This document shows, piece by piece, positions 1-10,371 of a DNA stretch of 64,000 nucleotides. How positions within the stretch are numbered: position 1 is the stretch's first letter; every line of letters starts with the position of its first letter. Source of the stretch: Spirochaetia bacterium (lineage in GTDB: Bacteria; Spirochaetota; Spirochaetia; DSM-2461). Both the position numbers and the translations under genes were made by a program. The stretch lies in the NCBI GenBank assembly GCA_963668315.1, contig OY764216.1:1248001-1312000 (forward strand). Reading direction: 5' to 3'. Under the pieces are notes generated by a model. The model saw only the letters and a program-made list of their open reading frames with translations, searched no databases and was not told the DNA's origin.

Positions 1-1
1 G

Positions 2-214
2 GCCAAGTATCCCGTTCAGGTACTCATGAGGGACATCGTCATATCCGGTGACATGACAAGCGAATCGGGCGATATCGCCACCAATGTCAATATTCTGGCG
101 ACGAACTACAAGTACGCCGTCATCATTATTTCAATTATCCCCATACTGGTCGTCTACCCTTACCTGCAGAAACATTTTACAAAGGGTGTTATGGTAGGCG
201 CGGTCAAGGGTTAA
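2..214 (+). CDS. Carbohydrate ABC transporter permease (LplC/YtcP-like), 5'-truncated by window edge
   Basis: Open frame from base 2 (AKYPVQVLMRDIV...); C-terminus IIPILVVYPYLQKHFTKGVMVGAVKG is typical of CUT1 permeases. Confidence 0.9.
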   Translation, partial: AKYPVQVLMRDIVISGDMTSESGDIATNVNILATNYKYAVIIISIIPILVVYPYLQKHFTKGVMVGAVKG

Positions 215-239
215 TTTATATTTCCAGGAGGTTTTCTAA

Positions 240-1850
240 ATGAAAAGCAATTCAACCATGTTCAAATCGATTTTGTCCTTCGCTCTTGCCGCTCTTGTCG
301 GCGCATCCCTTTTCGCCAACGGCGGAAATGAAAGGGCCGCCGGAGGGGACGGGGAGTTCGACCCCGCGGGAAAACTGGTGGAGAAACCCACCACGGTCAG
401 GGTGCTTCTTTCCGACGCGTCGGCCCAGCCTTTGAAAAATTACGCCCCCGCCCAGCAGGCCATTTTTGATAAAACCGGCGTCAAGCTGGATTACGAGATC
501 GTCCCTTTCAGCAGCTACGACGACAAGAAGAACATCCTGCTGGCCACCAATAACTGGCCGGACATCGCCTATATCAAGGTGGAAGACGTGGCAACCTATG
601 CTCCCACGGGAATTTTCCAGCCCCTCACCGATTATGTGAACGAGACGGATATGCCCAACTTCTACAAGTTCTGGCAGCAGTATCCTGACATGAAGAAGTA
701 CTTGCTCGACGGTGAGCTCTACGTGCTTCCCGTGATTCAGCGGGAGGAGACGGCCAATGGTTTCGGTCCGGTAATCAGAACCGATCTTCTGGCCGAGAAC
801 AATCTTCCCTCTCCCCAGTCCTTTGAAGAACTTCTGGACGTCCTGGGCGAGCTTAAGGATATCTATCCCGATTCCATCCCCTGGACCGGCAGAAAGGGAA
901 CCCGTCAGCTCCTTAAGACAACCAGCTACATGCTCGGATCCGGTTATGGTCAGGTGGGCCTTTACTACGACTACGATAAGGGCGGCTATGTTTTCGGTCC
1001 GGCCAGCGACGAGTTCAAGGCGGTCCTCTCCTATCTGAACGAGGCCTATGAAAGGGGAATTCTGGACAGAGACTTCGCCACCACCACCAGCGAGCAGCTG
1101 GAATCCAAAATGTCCAGCGGACGCTCCTTCTTCTATCTGGATAACAGCGGTTTCGGCGTGAACTACACCAAATCCCTGAGAAAAATCGAGGGAAATGAGG
1201 CCGCGGTTCTTCAGATTCTTCCCATTCCGGAGAACAGCTTCGGACAGAGACGGGCCATCAGCTACTCCAAAGAACTGCCCGGCCGTTTCTACGCGGTCAA
1301 CGCGGGCAGCAAGAAGATCGACACGATAATCAAGCTGGCCGACTGGATGTACGGCAGGGAAGGCTCGGACATCACCAATTACGGGGTGGAAGGATACAGC
1401 TTTGAGTATAACGATGCCGGAGAGCCCCAGTTCAAGATGGACTATGTGGAGAAATTCCGGGATGCCTCTCCCTCCTCCTACTACGCCATCTACTCCGACC
1501 TGGGTATCACCAAGCTGAATTTCTCCCTCTACGCCTGCAACACCAAGACCTGGTTCGAGATTGAGAAGATGCTGGGCAACTGGGACGATATTTCCGATGA
1601 ATACTGGAATATCGTTTCCCACGATAATGCCTATAAGTCACCCGTGATCGATCCCTCTCTGACCGTGGAAGAGAGTGAGAAGACCGCCGATATCCTCCTG
1701 GAGCTGAACACCATGCTGGAGCAGGAGTACAACCAGTACATCATGGGAATAAAGCCCATAGGCGATTGGGATAGTGTTATCAAAAGATGTGAAGAAATCG
1801 GCGTGAGAGAACTGGAAAAAATCTATAATGACGCCAATAATAGGCTGTAA
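240..1850 (+). CDS. Extracellular carbohydrate solute-binding protein (LplA-like)
   Basis: 536 aa; signal peptide ending LFANGGNE; LDGELYVLP, IRTDLL and NYGVEGYSF motifs; AGGAGG RBS; follows permease. Confidence 0.9.
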   Translation: MKSNSTMFKSILSFALAALVGASLFANGGNERAAGGDGEFDPAGKLVEKPTTVRVLLSDASAQPLKNYAPAQQAIFDKTGVKLDYEIVPFSSYDDKKNILLATNNWPDIAYIKVEDVATYAPTGIFQPLTDYVNETDMPNFYKFWQQYPDMKKYLLDGELYVLPVIQREETANGFGPVIRTDLLAENNLPSPQSFEELLDVLGELKDIYPDSIPWTGRKGTRQLLKTTSYMLGSGYGQVGLYYDYDKGGYVFGPASDEFKAVLSYLNEAYERGILDRDFATTTSEQLESKMSSGRSFFYLDNSGFGVNYTKSLRKIEGNEAAVLQILPIPENSFGQRRAISYSKELPGRFYAVNAGSKKIDTIIKLADWMYGREGSDITNYGVEGYSFEYNDAGEPQFKMDYVEKFRDASPSSYYAIYSDLGITKLNFSLYACNTKTWFEIEKMLGNWDDISDEYWNIVSHDNAYKSPVIDPSLTVEESEKTADILLELNTMLEQEYNQYIMGIKPIGDWDSVIKRCEEIGVRELEKIYNDANNRL

Positions 1851-1866
1851 TCTTTCCTGTTAAGGG

Positions 1867-1901
1867 AGCCGGTCTTCCCTTTGGGAGGGGGACCGGTTTT
1901 T
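1867..1901 (+). terminator. Intrinsic terminator-like hairpin
   Basis: CCGGTCTTCCC...GGGGGACCGG stem followed by TTTTT after the SBP stop. Confidence 0.7.
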
Positions 1902-1928
1902 GATTGATTAAGAAAGGGGTGAATTGAT

Positions 1929-4187
1929 ATGACAGAGGAGAGACAGAATCGCCGGACTCAGAGCTTTTTCTGGATGATTGTGCGCGGATTCCTTCTGGTA
2001 TTCGGTTTTGCCGGGCTTTTCGTCATCGGTACGGGAATTTCCACCTACATCGATTCGAAGAACCGTTTTCTTGAGCAGAACCAGAGTCAGCTCGATACCC
2101 TTTCCTCTACTTTGACCATGCAGATCCACATGGCCTTTGAGGACGGCATCGCTTTTTTCCAGGAGCCGGAAACGATTATTTATCATAAGCCGGAAAATCA
2201 GCGCTCCCCCATGGATCACAGCGAGCTGTGGCGCATCGTGGGGCTTATCTGCCGATCGGAAAGCACCCTCTCGCCCCTGGTAATGAATGAGTTCTCCTTC
2301 TACGAGGGTGATGCGAATGTGGTAGCCGGAGCAGGAACCTACGAAAAGGAGTTTTTCTTTTCCCAGATATGCCGCTACGAGGATTATAATCGTGACTTCT
2401 GGGAGTCGAACTTCACCGTCCCGGGCCGTTATGTCCTGCCGGAAACGGCCGTTCACGGGAAATCCGGTAATAAGCGGGTTCTGCCTCTGGTAACAGTCAT
2501 AAAAAGATTCGGCAGCAAGGCCTTTTATGTCAGTAATATTTCCATTGACTACCTGGACCAGATTATCAAGTCGAGTAATGCGTATCTGGATCAGTATTAC
2601 ATATACGATGAAAATCAGAATCTTCTGATAAAGAGCCGGGGAGCGGAAAATGAAGACATTATCAATGCCGATTATCAGGATGACATGCATAAGGAGAAAG
2701 GCTTTGTCGTCTTCAGGTCCTGTGATGATCTTTCGGGTTGGACATTTTGCGGCCTCCTGACAGGGAAAAACTATCTGTCCGTTTTCAGACACATCCTGAG
2801 TCTGGGGATACTTCTTATCCTATTGATGTTCTCCGGGGAGATCATAATTATTTATTATCTTTCCCACCGAGTTTACAGTCCCATCAAGGATATGAAGAGT
2901 ATTCTGCCAGGATCGAAATATCCACATAAGAGGGATGAAATAGATTATATCAAGGAGGGGATCAAAGAACTGGTCGTCAAAGACAGCGTTCATCTTAAGA
3001 AAGAGAAGACCCTCGAGCGTAATTCCTACATTCAATCTCTTATTCTTCTTCTGAACGGTATCGATATGCCGGAAAGAGTGGGTTCCATAGGGAGATTTCT
3101 GTCGGAGGAATTCCATTTTTCCCACTCTTCCTTTGTGTGTGCCACTGTTATGATTCAGGAAGCTCGGGCAAACCGGAGAATGGATAGGGAGACTCTTCTG
3201 GACAATATCAGCTATGAGGGGGGATTCATTGTCATCTCCCTGAGTCCGCAGTTGTTCGAGATCATTTATTCTGTATCCGGGAATCTCGAAACCCTGGATG
3301 AGATTGAGGAGAGTTTGAATCCTCTGCAGGATTTTCCGCCCGTTGCCAAAGGGGATATCCGTGTTTCCATAGGGATTGGAGCGGCCGTTACTCCTTTGGA
3401 AAAAATCGCCCTTTCCCATAAACAGGCTGCGACGGCCCTTCCTCTGCTGAGGAAGGAATCCCCCTTTTCTGTCCGATGCTATGAGGATCTGCCGCCTAAC
3501 AGAAAAGTGTCTTTTTCCTTCTATGACCAGAAAGGTATTCTTAATAATATTGAGACGGGAAGGGTGGGGCTATTGGAAAGTTTTCTCTCCACCTTGATAG
3601 AAAAAAACGAAAAACAGGGGATTGAGAGCGATCAAATGGCCGAGCTCTACAGGCAGATACTTTTTATCGGCAGAAGGGCTCTTGAGGAACACGGGATGAA
3701 GACTGATGAGATCGCCCTATATGGATATATCTACGATGAACTGATCGATGCCCCTGACATTCTCTCCTTGCGCATCCTGTCGGTTCAAGTCATGGAATGC
3801 CTTCTGGAGATACAGAAGCTTTGCTGTATAGGGGATAAGGATGTATCCGGCGGGCGAGTGGATGATATCCGTGATTTTGTCGAGGAGCATTATGGCGAAC
3901 CTCTCAGCCTGGATTCCATCGCCGATCATTTCCATATCACGCCGAAATATTTATCCCGGATATTTAAAGAGAACTCCGGTATAAAACTATCCGATTATCT
4001 TTCTCATATCCGCATAGAGAAGGCCAAAGAGCTGCTCTCAAATTCCAATTGCCGGATAGGAGAAATCGCCAATCAGGTAGGAATAGATAACCATGCCACA
4101 TTTTTGAGGTTGTTTCATAAATACGAGGGTGTGTCGCCTAAGGATTACAGAAACTGCCATCTACAGAAACAGGAGATTTTACAATGA
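1929..4187 (+). CDS. Membrane-anchored AraC-family regulator (YesS-like)
   Basis: 752 aa; two hydrophobic segments near aa 14-38 and 290-310; C-terminal AraC HTH (LSLDSIADHFHITPKYLSRIFK...FLRLFHKYEGVSPKDYR). Confidence 0.88.
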   Translation: MTEERQNRRTQSFFWMIVRGFLLVFGFAGLFVIGTGISTYIDSKNRFLEQNQSQLDTLSSTLTMQIHMAFEDGIAFFQEPETIIYHKPENQRSPMDHSELWRIVGLICRSESTLSPLVMNEFSFYEGDANVVAGAGTYEKEFFFSQICRYEDYNRDFWESNFTVPGRYVLPETAVHGKSGNKRVLPLVTVIKRFGSKAFYVSNISIDYLDQIIKSSNAYLDQYYIYDENQNLLIKSRGAENEDIINADYQDDMHKEKGFVVFRSCDDLSGWTFCGLLTGKNYLSVFRHILSLGILLILLMFSGEIIIIYYLSHRVYSPIKDMKSILPGSKYPHKRDEIDYIKEGIKELVVKDSVHLKKEKTLERNSYIQSLILLLNGIDMPERVGSIGRFLSEEFHFSHSSFVCATVMIQEARANRRMDRETLLDNISYEGGFIVISLSPQLFEIIYSVSGNLETLDEIEESLNPLQDFPPVAKGDIRVSIGIGAAVTPLEKIALSHKQAATALPLLRKESPFSVRCYEDLPPNRKVSFSFYDQKGILNNIETGRVGLLESFLSTLIEKNEKQGIESDQMAELYRQILFIGRRALEEHGMKTDEIALYGYIYDELIDAPDILSLRILSVQVMECLLEIQKLCCIGDKDVSGGRVDDIRDFVEEHYGEPLSLDSIADHFHITPKYLSRIFKENSGIKLSDYLSHIRIEKAKELLSNSNCRIGEIANQVGIDNHATFLRLFHKYEGVSPKDYRNCHLQKQEILQ

Positions 4188-5221
4188 AGATTTTATCAGC
4201 TGAGAAAGAATATATCGTACCCTTTGACAAGCGCCCGACTGACAGTGCCCACGCATCGACGCTGCTGCCCGTAAAAAAGGATTCCCTTCTGGCCGCATGG
4301 TTCGGCGGCAGCTGGGAAAAGGACTGCAATGTGAGCATATGGATGAGTAAGCGTGATGAGAACGGGGTGTGGGACTATCCTTATGTTGCCGCGGACGTCA
4401 GGAACATTGCGCTGTGGAACCCCGTCCTCTTTCGCTGTCCCGATAATTCCATACTGCTTTTTTATAAAGTAGGGGCTAAAATCGAGCATTGGGAGACCTA
4501 TGCCATTCGGTCTACCGACGAAGGAGACTCCTGGTCCGAACCCTTTGAGCTGGTAGAAGGAGACGGTATCGGAGGCCGGGGGCCCGTTAAGAATAAGCCC
4601 ATCCTCCTCTCTGACGGTATGACTATACTGGCGCCGGCCTCCCTTGAAGGAGAGAGCTGGGATTGCTTTGCCGATATATCCCGGGACAACGGCGAAACCT
4701 GGGAAATGAGTTCTATGGTTCCTGTCAGGCATAGCGGATACAATATCCAGATGGTGGATCAGCCGTACGAAAAGCATCGGTGCTGGGGCAAGGGAATCAT
4801 TCAGCCCACCCTGTGGGAGGACTGTGATGGAGATATTCATATGCTTTGCAGGAGTACGTCGTCAGCTCTTTTCAGAAGTGATTCCCATGATAAGGGAGCT
4901 ACCTGGTGTACGGCTTACGACTCGGGGCTGCCAAATAATAACAGCGGTATAGATCTGGTTCGCATGCCCGACGGGACTCTGGTTCTGGCGTATAATCCGG
5001 TCAATAATCTTCCCAATTACTATAAAGGTCCCAGAACCCCCCTTGTTCTGGACTATTCTGAGGATAACGGACTGACATGGAAGAGTCTGAAAGTTCTGGA
5101 AGACGGCCCGGGGGATTACGCCTATCCCTCCATCGTCTGCCGGAATAATCATCTCCTGGAAGTCTGCTATACGCAGAAGCGGGAGCAGATCTGCTACTGG
5201 AGAATCAGCCTTGAGCGTTAG
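4184..5221 (+). CDS. BNR/Asp-box beta-propeller protein (sialidase-like, BNR_2)
   Basis: Four Asp-boxes: STDEGDSW, SRDNGETW, SHDKGATW, SEDNGLTW; C-terminal YAYPS; no signal peptide. Confidence 0.85.
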   Translation: MKILSAEKEYIVPFDKRPTDSAHASTLLPVKKDSLLAAWFGGSWEKDCNVSIWMSKRDENGVWDYPYVAADVRNIALWNPVLFRCPDNSILLFYKVGAKIEHWETYAIRSTDEGDSWSEPFELVEGDGIGGRGPVKNKPILLSDGMTILAPASLEGESWDCFADISRDNGETWEMSSMVPVRHSGYNIQMVDQPYEKHRCWGKGIIQPTLWEDCDGDIHMLCRSTSSALFRSDSHDKGATWCTAYDSGLPNNNSGIDLVRMPDGTLVLAYNPVNNLPNYYKGPRTPLVLDYSEDNGLTWKSLKVLEDGPGDYAYPSIVCRNNHLLEVCYTQKREQICYWRISLER

Positions 5222-8200
5222 GACGTATTATCCGGATTTCGGCGAAGGGCCCGCGGAAGGGAGAAGCTCTCTCTTCTGGGCCTGGAATGGCAAATTGGAA
5301 GAAAGTGAGCTCACCAGACAGATCCATGAGTTTGATAAAGCGGGCTTTCGCGGTTTTTTCATGCATTCCCGCGATGGTCTTGAAACTCCCTATCTGGGGG
5401 ATGAGTGGGATGGGTGCGTAAAGCACTGCGCGGAAGAGGCGGATAAGCTGGGAATGCAGGCCTGGCTCTATGATGAGGACCGCTGGCCTTCGGGAAGCTG
5501 CGGGGGGAAAATCTCCTCTCTGGAAGGGGGGAAGTATGCCTTGAAGGGGCTGACCCTGGAAGTTCGTCCGGAGAAAGAGTGGACGTCCCAGGGCGAGACG
5601 CCTGATTTCCGGGCAGCCTATGCCGCGAAAATAGGGGGGCACGAAATTGCGGCCTGCAGAAGGCTCCCCCGGGGGGAGGATGAGGTCTTGGCACCGGAAG
5701 AGACTCTGCTTATTGTCCGTTTTGAAACCTCAGGCGGTTCGGAATGGTTTAACGGTTCGCCTCCTCCCGACAATCTGAATTACGATACGGTTCGGACGTT
5801 TATAGAGTCCACTCACGAGCACTATGAGTCATATCTGAAACCCTATTTCGGTAATACCGTTCCCGGCATATTCACCGATGAACCGAGTCTGGCTGACAGG
5901 CATGCCTCCTTCCCCGCGACAAGAGGGTGGATCCCCTGGTCTTTCGGGATGGAGGAGTTCTACCATAGCCTCGGATACGGCGATATTTACGATAAGCTTC
6001 CCTATTTCTATTTCCATGGTTCCGAGAGCCCGCAGATCCGGTTTCGTTACTGGCGCTGCCTGGCTCTTCGCTTTGAGAAATCCTATTCTCAACAGATCGG
6101 GGATTGGTGCAGGGAGGCGGGACTCAAGTTTTCCGGCCATTACCTGCAGGAAGACAAAACAGGATTGGCCACCAGGGTCAATGGTTCTGTCATGCCCCAT
6201 TATACCCATGAGGATATTCCCGGTGTCGATTTACTTACGGAGAAAACCGATGAGTATCTGACGGTGAAACAGTGCAGCAGCGTAGTGAATCAATATGGCA
6301 AGGAAGGACTTATCGCTGAGACCTATGCCGCGACCGGATGGGATTTCTCCCTGGAGGGAATGAAGTGGATAGGTGACTGGGAGTATGCGCTGGGTGTGAC
6401 CCAGAGATGCCTCCACTTGTCGCTTTACAGTCTGAAGGGAGAGAGGAAAAGGGATTATCCCCCCAGTTTTCTGGATCACAATCCTATCTGGCCTCTCATG
6501 AAACCCCTAGAGGACTATTTCTCCCGTCTTTCTTATATTCTCAAGCAGGGTAGGGTTCTCCGAAATGTTCTTTTCATACACCCATCAGGGTCTGTCTGGA
6601 CGGAAATGGGGTGCAGCCCCTACGGAAATCCCGTCAGGAACGAGGAGAGAGATGTTCCGCGTCTCGATGATGTGGGCTACCGGCTCAATGATACTCTGGC
6701 TTATCTATGCCGGAGGGGGCGTGATTGTGACCTGGGCGACGAAACTCTCCTTGCCCGAGACGGTCGGGCTGACGGGGGCAGACTAAGAGTGGGGCGGGCC
6801 GAATATTCGATCGTTGTGCTGCCTGAACTGAAGTCTCTTTATCGGTCAACCTTGAAAATCCTGAGAGAATTTGTTCATCAGGGTGGTTCTCTTGTCATTA
6901 CGGGAGAGTCTCCCCATCTGATCGAAGGAGAAAGGAGTGAAGAGCTGGAAGACTTCTTGCGCCATGTGAATCTTATCCACTGCTCGTCCCGGGAGAGTCT
7001 GCAGAACAAGCTGAATTCTCTTGATCCGCCTCTTTTCACCTTATATACCCCGGAGGGCTCCCTCTCCACTTCCTTTGTAACCCAACTAAGACTCGATGGA
7101 GACAGGCTGATTCTCTTCATGGCTAATAACGAGAGAGATAAAGCGGTTGGTACGGAGTTGTGTTTTCATGGGAGCGGATCTTTGCATGAAGCAGATCTCC
7201 TATCCGGAGAGTTCCGGGAGGTTCCTTCAACGCGGACTGAAAGAGGCCATGTCTCCCTTTCCCTGGAGGTGGAAGCCTGTGGTTCCCGGCTTTTTATTCT
7301 CGATCAATCATCCCGTTCGGCACTACCGGACGAAAGGATTCCCCATGGAGAACTCACTGCCGATTCGCTCCTTCCGGGGGATGAGTCCATTCCCGCAGAA
7401 GTGCATAGTCCCAATCAGCTTGTCCTTGATTATGCCCGATATACCTTAGGGGATAGTCAGAAAGAAGAGGGAGAGGGATTCATATGGCTTGTTAACCGGG
7501 AAGTAAGGGATAAGCTTTCCATGAGACAGGTCGACGGGGGAGAAGTCATTCAGCGCTATCTATGGGTAGATGAACCCCACCGAAACAATGGAACTCCGCT
7601 GAAGCTGTATTTTTCATTTGCCGTAGATGTTATCCCTGAAGGGGATATGTGGCTTAGTCTGGAAGAAGCCCGGGAATTTTCCATAAAAATAAACGGAGTT
7701 CCCCTGGCGGGAGAACCGGTCAGGTCATCCCTGTTCCGGGACCAGGAGATGTATCTTCTTTCTGGTCTGAAGACCGGGCATAACGAGCTGGAACTGTCAT
7801 GTCTTTTCAAAGAAAACATAACACTGGACTCGGTTTATATTCTGGGGAATATTGGTGTTTCTGAGGAAAGGGCGATCATTGCTCCTCCGGTGAAGCTGAA
7901 CTATGGAGATTGGACGAAACAGGGTCTTTTTCATTATGCGGGATGCGTAAGTTACCATTACGAGAGGGACGTGGCAAGGGATGTGAAATCCGTTTCTCTC
8001 GTGCTTGGCAAGTGGGAAGGCCTGGGAATGGAAATTATCTGTAATGGGGAAAATTACTCCGTTCTATGGAAAGGACAGAATGAAATTGATATATCAAAAT
8101 CCATAAAGAAAGGGGAGAGTAACAAGTTTGAAATCAAAATTTACGGAAGCCAGAGAAATCTCCTCGGTCCCCTCCATAAGGAAGAGAAAGCCGGATCCTT

Positions 8201-8306
8201 TATCAATCCCCAGTTTTTTTTACCGGAGAAAGACCAGTTGTCTGTGAAATACTTAACCCGCCCGTATGGATTGTTTGAAGAACCCATACTGCATATTCGT
8301 ATTTAA
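5211..8306 (+). CDS. GH106-like glycoside hydrolase (alpha-L-rhamnosidase-related)
   Basis: 1031 aa; FWAWNG, MHSRDGLETPYL, WLYDEDRWPSG, GIFTDEP and RKRDYPP motifs. Confidence 0.8.
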   Translation: MSVRTYYPDFGEGPAEGRSSLFWAWNGKLEESELTRQIHEFDKAGFRGFFMHSRDGLETPYLGDEWDGCVKHCAEEADKLGMQAWLYDEDRWPSGSCGGKISSLEGGKYALKGLTLEVRPEKEWTSQGETPDFRAAYAAKIGGHEIAACRRLPRGEDEVLAPEETLLIVRFETSGGSEWFNGSPPPDNLNYDTVRTFIESTHEHYESYLKPYFGNTVPGIFTDEPSLADRHASFPATRGWIPWSFGMEEFYHSLGYGDIYDKLPYFYFHGSESPQIRFRYWRCLALRFEKSYSQQIGDWCREAGLKFSGHYLQEDKTGLATRVNGSVMPHYTHEDIPGVDLLTEKTDEYLTVKQCSSVVNQYGKEGLIAETYAATGWDFSLEGMKWIGDWEYALGVTQRCLHLSLYSLKGERKRDYPPSFLDHNPIWPLMKPLEDYFSRLSYILKQGRVLRNVLFIHPSGSVWTEMGCSPYGNPVRNEERDVPRLDDVGYRLNDTLAYLCRRGRDCDLGDETLLARDGRADGGRLRVGRAEYSIVVLPELKSLYRSTLKILREFVHQGGSLVITGESPHLIEGERSEELEDFLRHVNLIHCSSRESLQNKLNSLDPPLFTLYTPEGSLSTSFVTQLRLDGDRLILFMANNERDKAVGTELCFHGSGSLHEADLLSGEFREVPSTRTERGHVSLSLEVEACGSRLFILDQSSRSALPDERIPHGELTADSLLPGDESIPAEVHSPNQLVLDYARYTLGDSQKEEGEGFIWLVNREVRDKLSMRQVDGGEVIQRYLWVDEPHRNNGTPLKLYFSFAVDVIPEGDMWLSLEEAREFSIKINGVPLAGEPVRSSLFRDQEMYLLSGLKTGHNELELSCLFKENITLDSVYILGNIGVSEERAIIAPPVKLNYGDWTKQGLFHYAGCVSYHYERDVARDVKSVSLVLGKWEGLGMEIICNGENYSVLWKGQNEIDISKSIKKGESNKFEIKIYGSQRNLLGPLHKEEKAGSFINPQFFLPEKDQLSVKYLTRPYGLFEEPILHIRI

Positions 8307-8489
8307 TCAGAGTCCGGTCACTTCATGAGTGTTGGCGGCCTGTAGGTCGGGTAAGGAAGCTCAGATAGGGAAAATCTTCTTATCCATGATCTATAATGCC
8401 GCCATGATCCAGGAGAGTAGCCCTCTTGCCCTTTCGCCGGGGGCTGCCATTGAAGGAGAGTCTTTTTAGGGAGAACTCCTTAACTCTCC

Positions 8490-9629
8490 TTAGCTGCCTG
8501 ATCTCTTTACTCCGCATACATATCTCAATAAGGGGCATGTCTCAATGACAAACTTATAGAACAGGGCAAATATGACATAAGTGCCGATAACCCCTATGGC
8601 GAAAATAGAGTAGGGCGCGAGTGAGGTTTTCAATAGAAAATACATAACAACATTTAATAGGGAATAATGGAAAATATAGAGGGAAAAGGAGGATCGGGAG
8701 AGATAAGCATGGATTTTCCCTCCCCTGTCCAATTTCCACTCTCCCAAAGCGATAAGGAGCTTTACCCAGGAGTATTCCGCGACCCCATGGACCGCGGCAA
8801 GAATCACCTTATATCCATAGGGATGGCCCTTGTAAAGCGGGATCCGTCCGCCCCCCTCTATCATGGAGCGGTTAAGGATGAAGAAAATTATGGATGCTCC
8901 CAGACAGAGGACGAGTTGAGCGAATATCTTTGGGCGGTTCGGCTTATGTATGGCATAGATATAGCCCAAAAGGAAAAAAGTCAGATAGACGGTGAAATTC
9001 GCCCAGTCGGCATACAGGTTTTGATGACCGGGGAAGAATGGTCTGAAAATCATTTCAAGGAGAACAACAAGAAGCAAAGGCAGCAGCGAATGCTTCGCGA
9101 GAAAAACACTTATCTGCGTTTCATATTTCTCTCTGTCTTTTATGCAGCTTACGCACGCAATGAGAATAAGGGAATAGACAAAAAGGTAGGCCAAAAACCA
9201 GAAATGCCCCCATCCCAAATATTTATCGGTAAATCCCCTGAAGAATTCAGGATAAAAATGGAGGAGATTCCCTCTGAAGCTTCCTGTATTTTTAACCATA
9301 AGGAATGCGCTTAGAGGGCAAAGAAAGATACAGCCGAATAAGAGCGGGACGAGAAGCTTTTGTACCCTTTCTTTGAGAAACTGTTTTTTCGATCGTTTTT
9401 TCAAAGAATGATATGTGGAGAATCCGGAGACAAAAAAAAGGAGCCTCATGAACCATAGATTGAGAAAGGTTGATTGAATGGTAAAATACAGGGAGCCTAT
9501 AGGTTCCCCGGTTTGTACGTAGGAATCCCCCAGGTGGGAAAACGTTATAGCCCCGTGGTGCGGCACCAGAAGAATTACAGCGACAATACGAAGCCAGTCG
9601 ATATACATTACCCTTTTATCATTATTCAC
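8490..9629 (-). CDS. Acyltransferase family 3 (OpgC/MdoC-like) membrane protein
   Basis: RVMYIDWLR...H, FMRLLFFVSG, GHFWFLAYLF, SFSLYIFH motifs; multiple TM segments. Confidence 0.88.
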   Translation of the reverse strand: MNNDKRVMYIDWLRIVAVILLVPHHGAITFSHLGDSYVQTGEPIGSLYFTIQSTFLNLWFMRLLFFVSGFSTYHSLKKRSKKQFLKERVQKLLVPLLFGCIFLCPLSAFLMVKNTGSFRGNLLHFYPEFFRGFTDKYLGWGHFWFLAYLFVYSLILIACVSCIKDREKYETQISVFLAKHSLLPLLLVVLLEMIFRPFFPGHQNLYADWANFTVYLTFFLLGYIYAIHKPNRPKIFAQLVLCLGASIIFFILNRSMIEGGGRIPLYKGHPYGYKVILAAVHGVAEYSWVKLLIALGEWKLDRGGKIHAYLSRSSFSLYIFHYSLLNVVMYFLLKTSLAPYSIFAIGVIGTYVIFALFYKFVIETCPLLRYVCGVKRSGS

Positions 9630-9653
9630 ATTTTCCTCCCATGAGACTTCATT

Positions 9654-9670
9654 ATGAATGAATCATTCGT
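9654..9670. promoter_or_regulatory. Putative TetR operator, copy 2 (ATGAATGA-A-TCATTCGT)
   Basis: One arm mismatch relative to the palindrome at 10372-10388; directly upstream of the acyltransferase RBS. Confidence 0.7.
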
Positions 9671-9691
9671 TCATTCTCTTTCTAAAAAAAA

Positions 9692-10354
9692 TTACGATCT
9701 ATAGGCGTTAACGATGTTATCCATACAAATCCTCTTGGAATCCTCCCGGGAGATATCCATTACCTCAAAGGAGGAATATCTAAAATCCATAGCCCAGCTG
9801 GATAGAATCTCTATAATCATTACCGCCGTTAGTTCTATCGATTCCAAAGGCCGAATCTCTTTCTTTTCCCAATAAACGGACAAGTACTGTTTAACCGTCA
9901 GAATAAATGTTTTCCGATAGTCCATATAATATCCGTATAGGCTTCCCACATCGGAAGGGTTTTTCTCGATCATAAGGCAAATGAGAGAATATTTGTAAAG
10001 CATATCAAAGGTATCAGATATGAAACTATCAAAGGGGTAGTCCTTTGCCCTATCTTTCAGATGCATGGAATACTCAGAAGAGGTCCTATCGAAATGATTC
10101 TGAACCTTCTCATCCAAATGCATAAAAAAGTCCTTCGTCACGGGTGTTTCCCTCTCTTTTCCCAGGAGTCCCCCGTCTATGGAGCATAGGATTATATAGT
10201 TTTTGATCTCTTCCTTGCTGGCAAAGTCATGATAGACGGTTCCCACGGAAATCCCCACGTCCCTGGCTATATGCTGTATTTGAGTCCTGCCGTAACCTTG
10301 TCTGATAAAAAGGGCTGCGGCGGCATCATGTATGGCCCTTAATCTGTTCTCCAT
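9692..10354 (-). CDS. TetR/AcrR-family regulator
   Basis: N-terminal HTH (AAAALFIRQGYGRTQIQHIARDVGISVGTVYHDFASKEEI); ATG at 10354 preferred (GAAGG RBS). Confidence 0.9.
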   Translation of the reverse strand: MENRLRAIHDAAAALFIRQGYGRTQIQHIARDVGISVGTVYHDFASKEEIKNYIILCSIDGGLLGKERETPVTKDFFMHLDEKVQNHFDRTSSEYSMHLKDRAKDYPFDSFISDTFDMLYKYSLICLMIEKNPSDVGSLYGYYMDYRKTFILTVKQYLSVYWEKKEIRPLESIELTAVMIIEILSSWAMDFRYSSFEVMDISREDSKRICMDNIVNAYRS

Positions 10355-10371
10355 CACCAACCTTCAACAAA

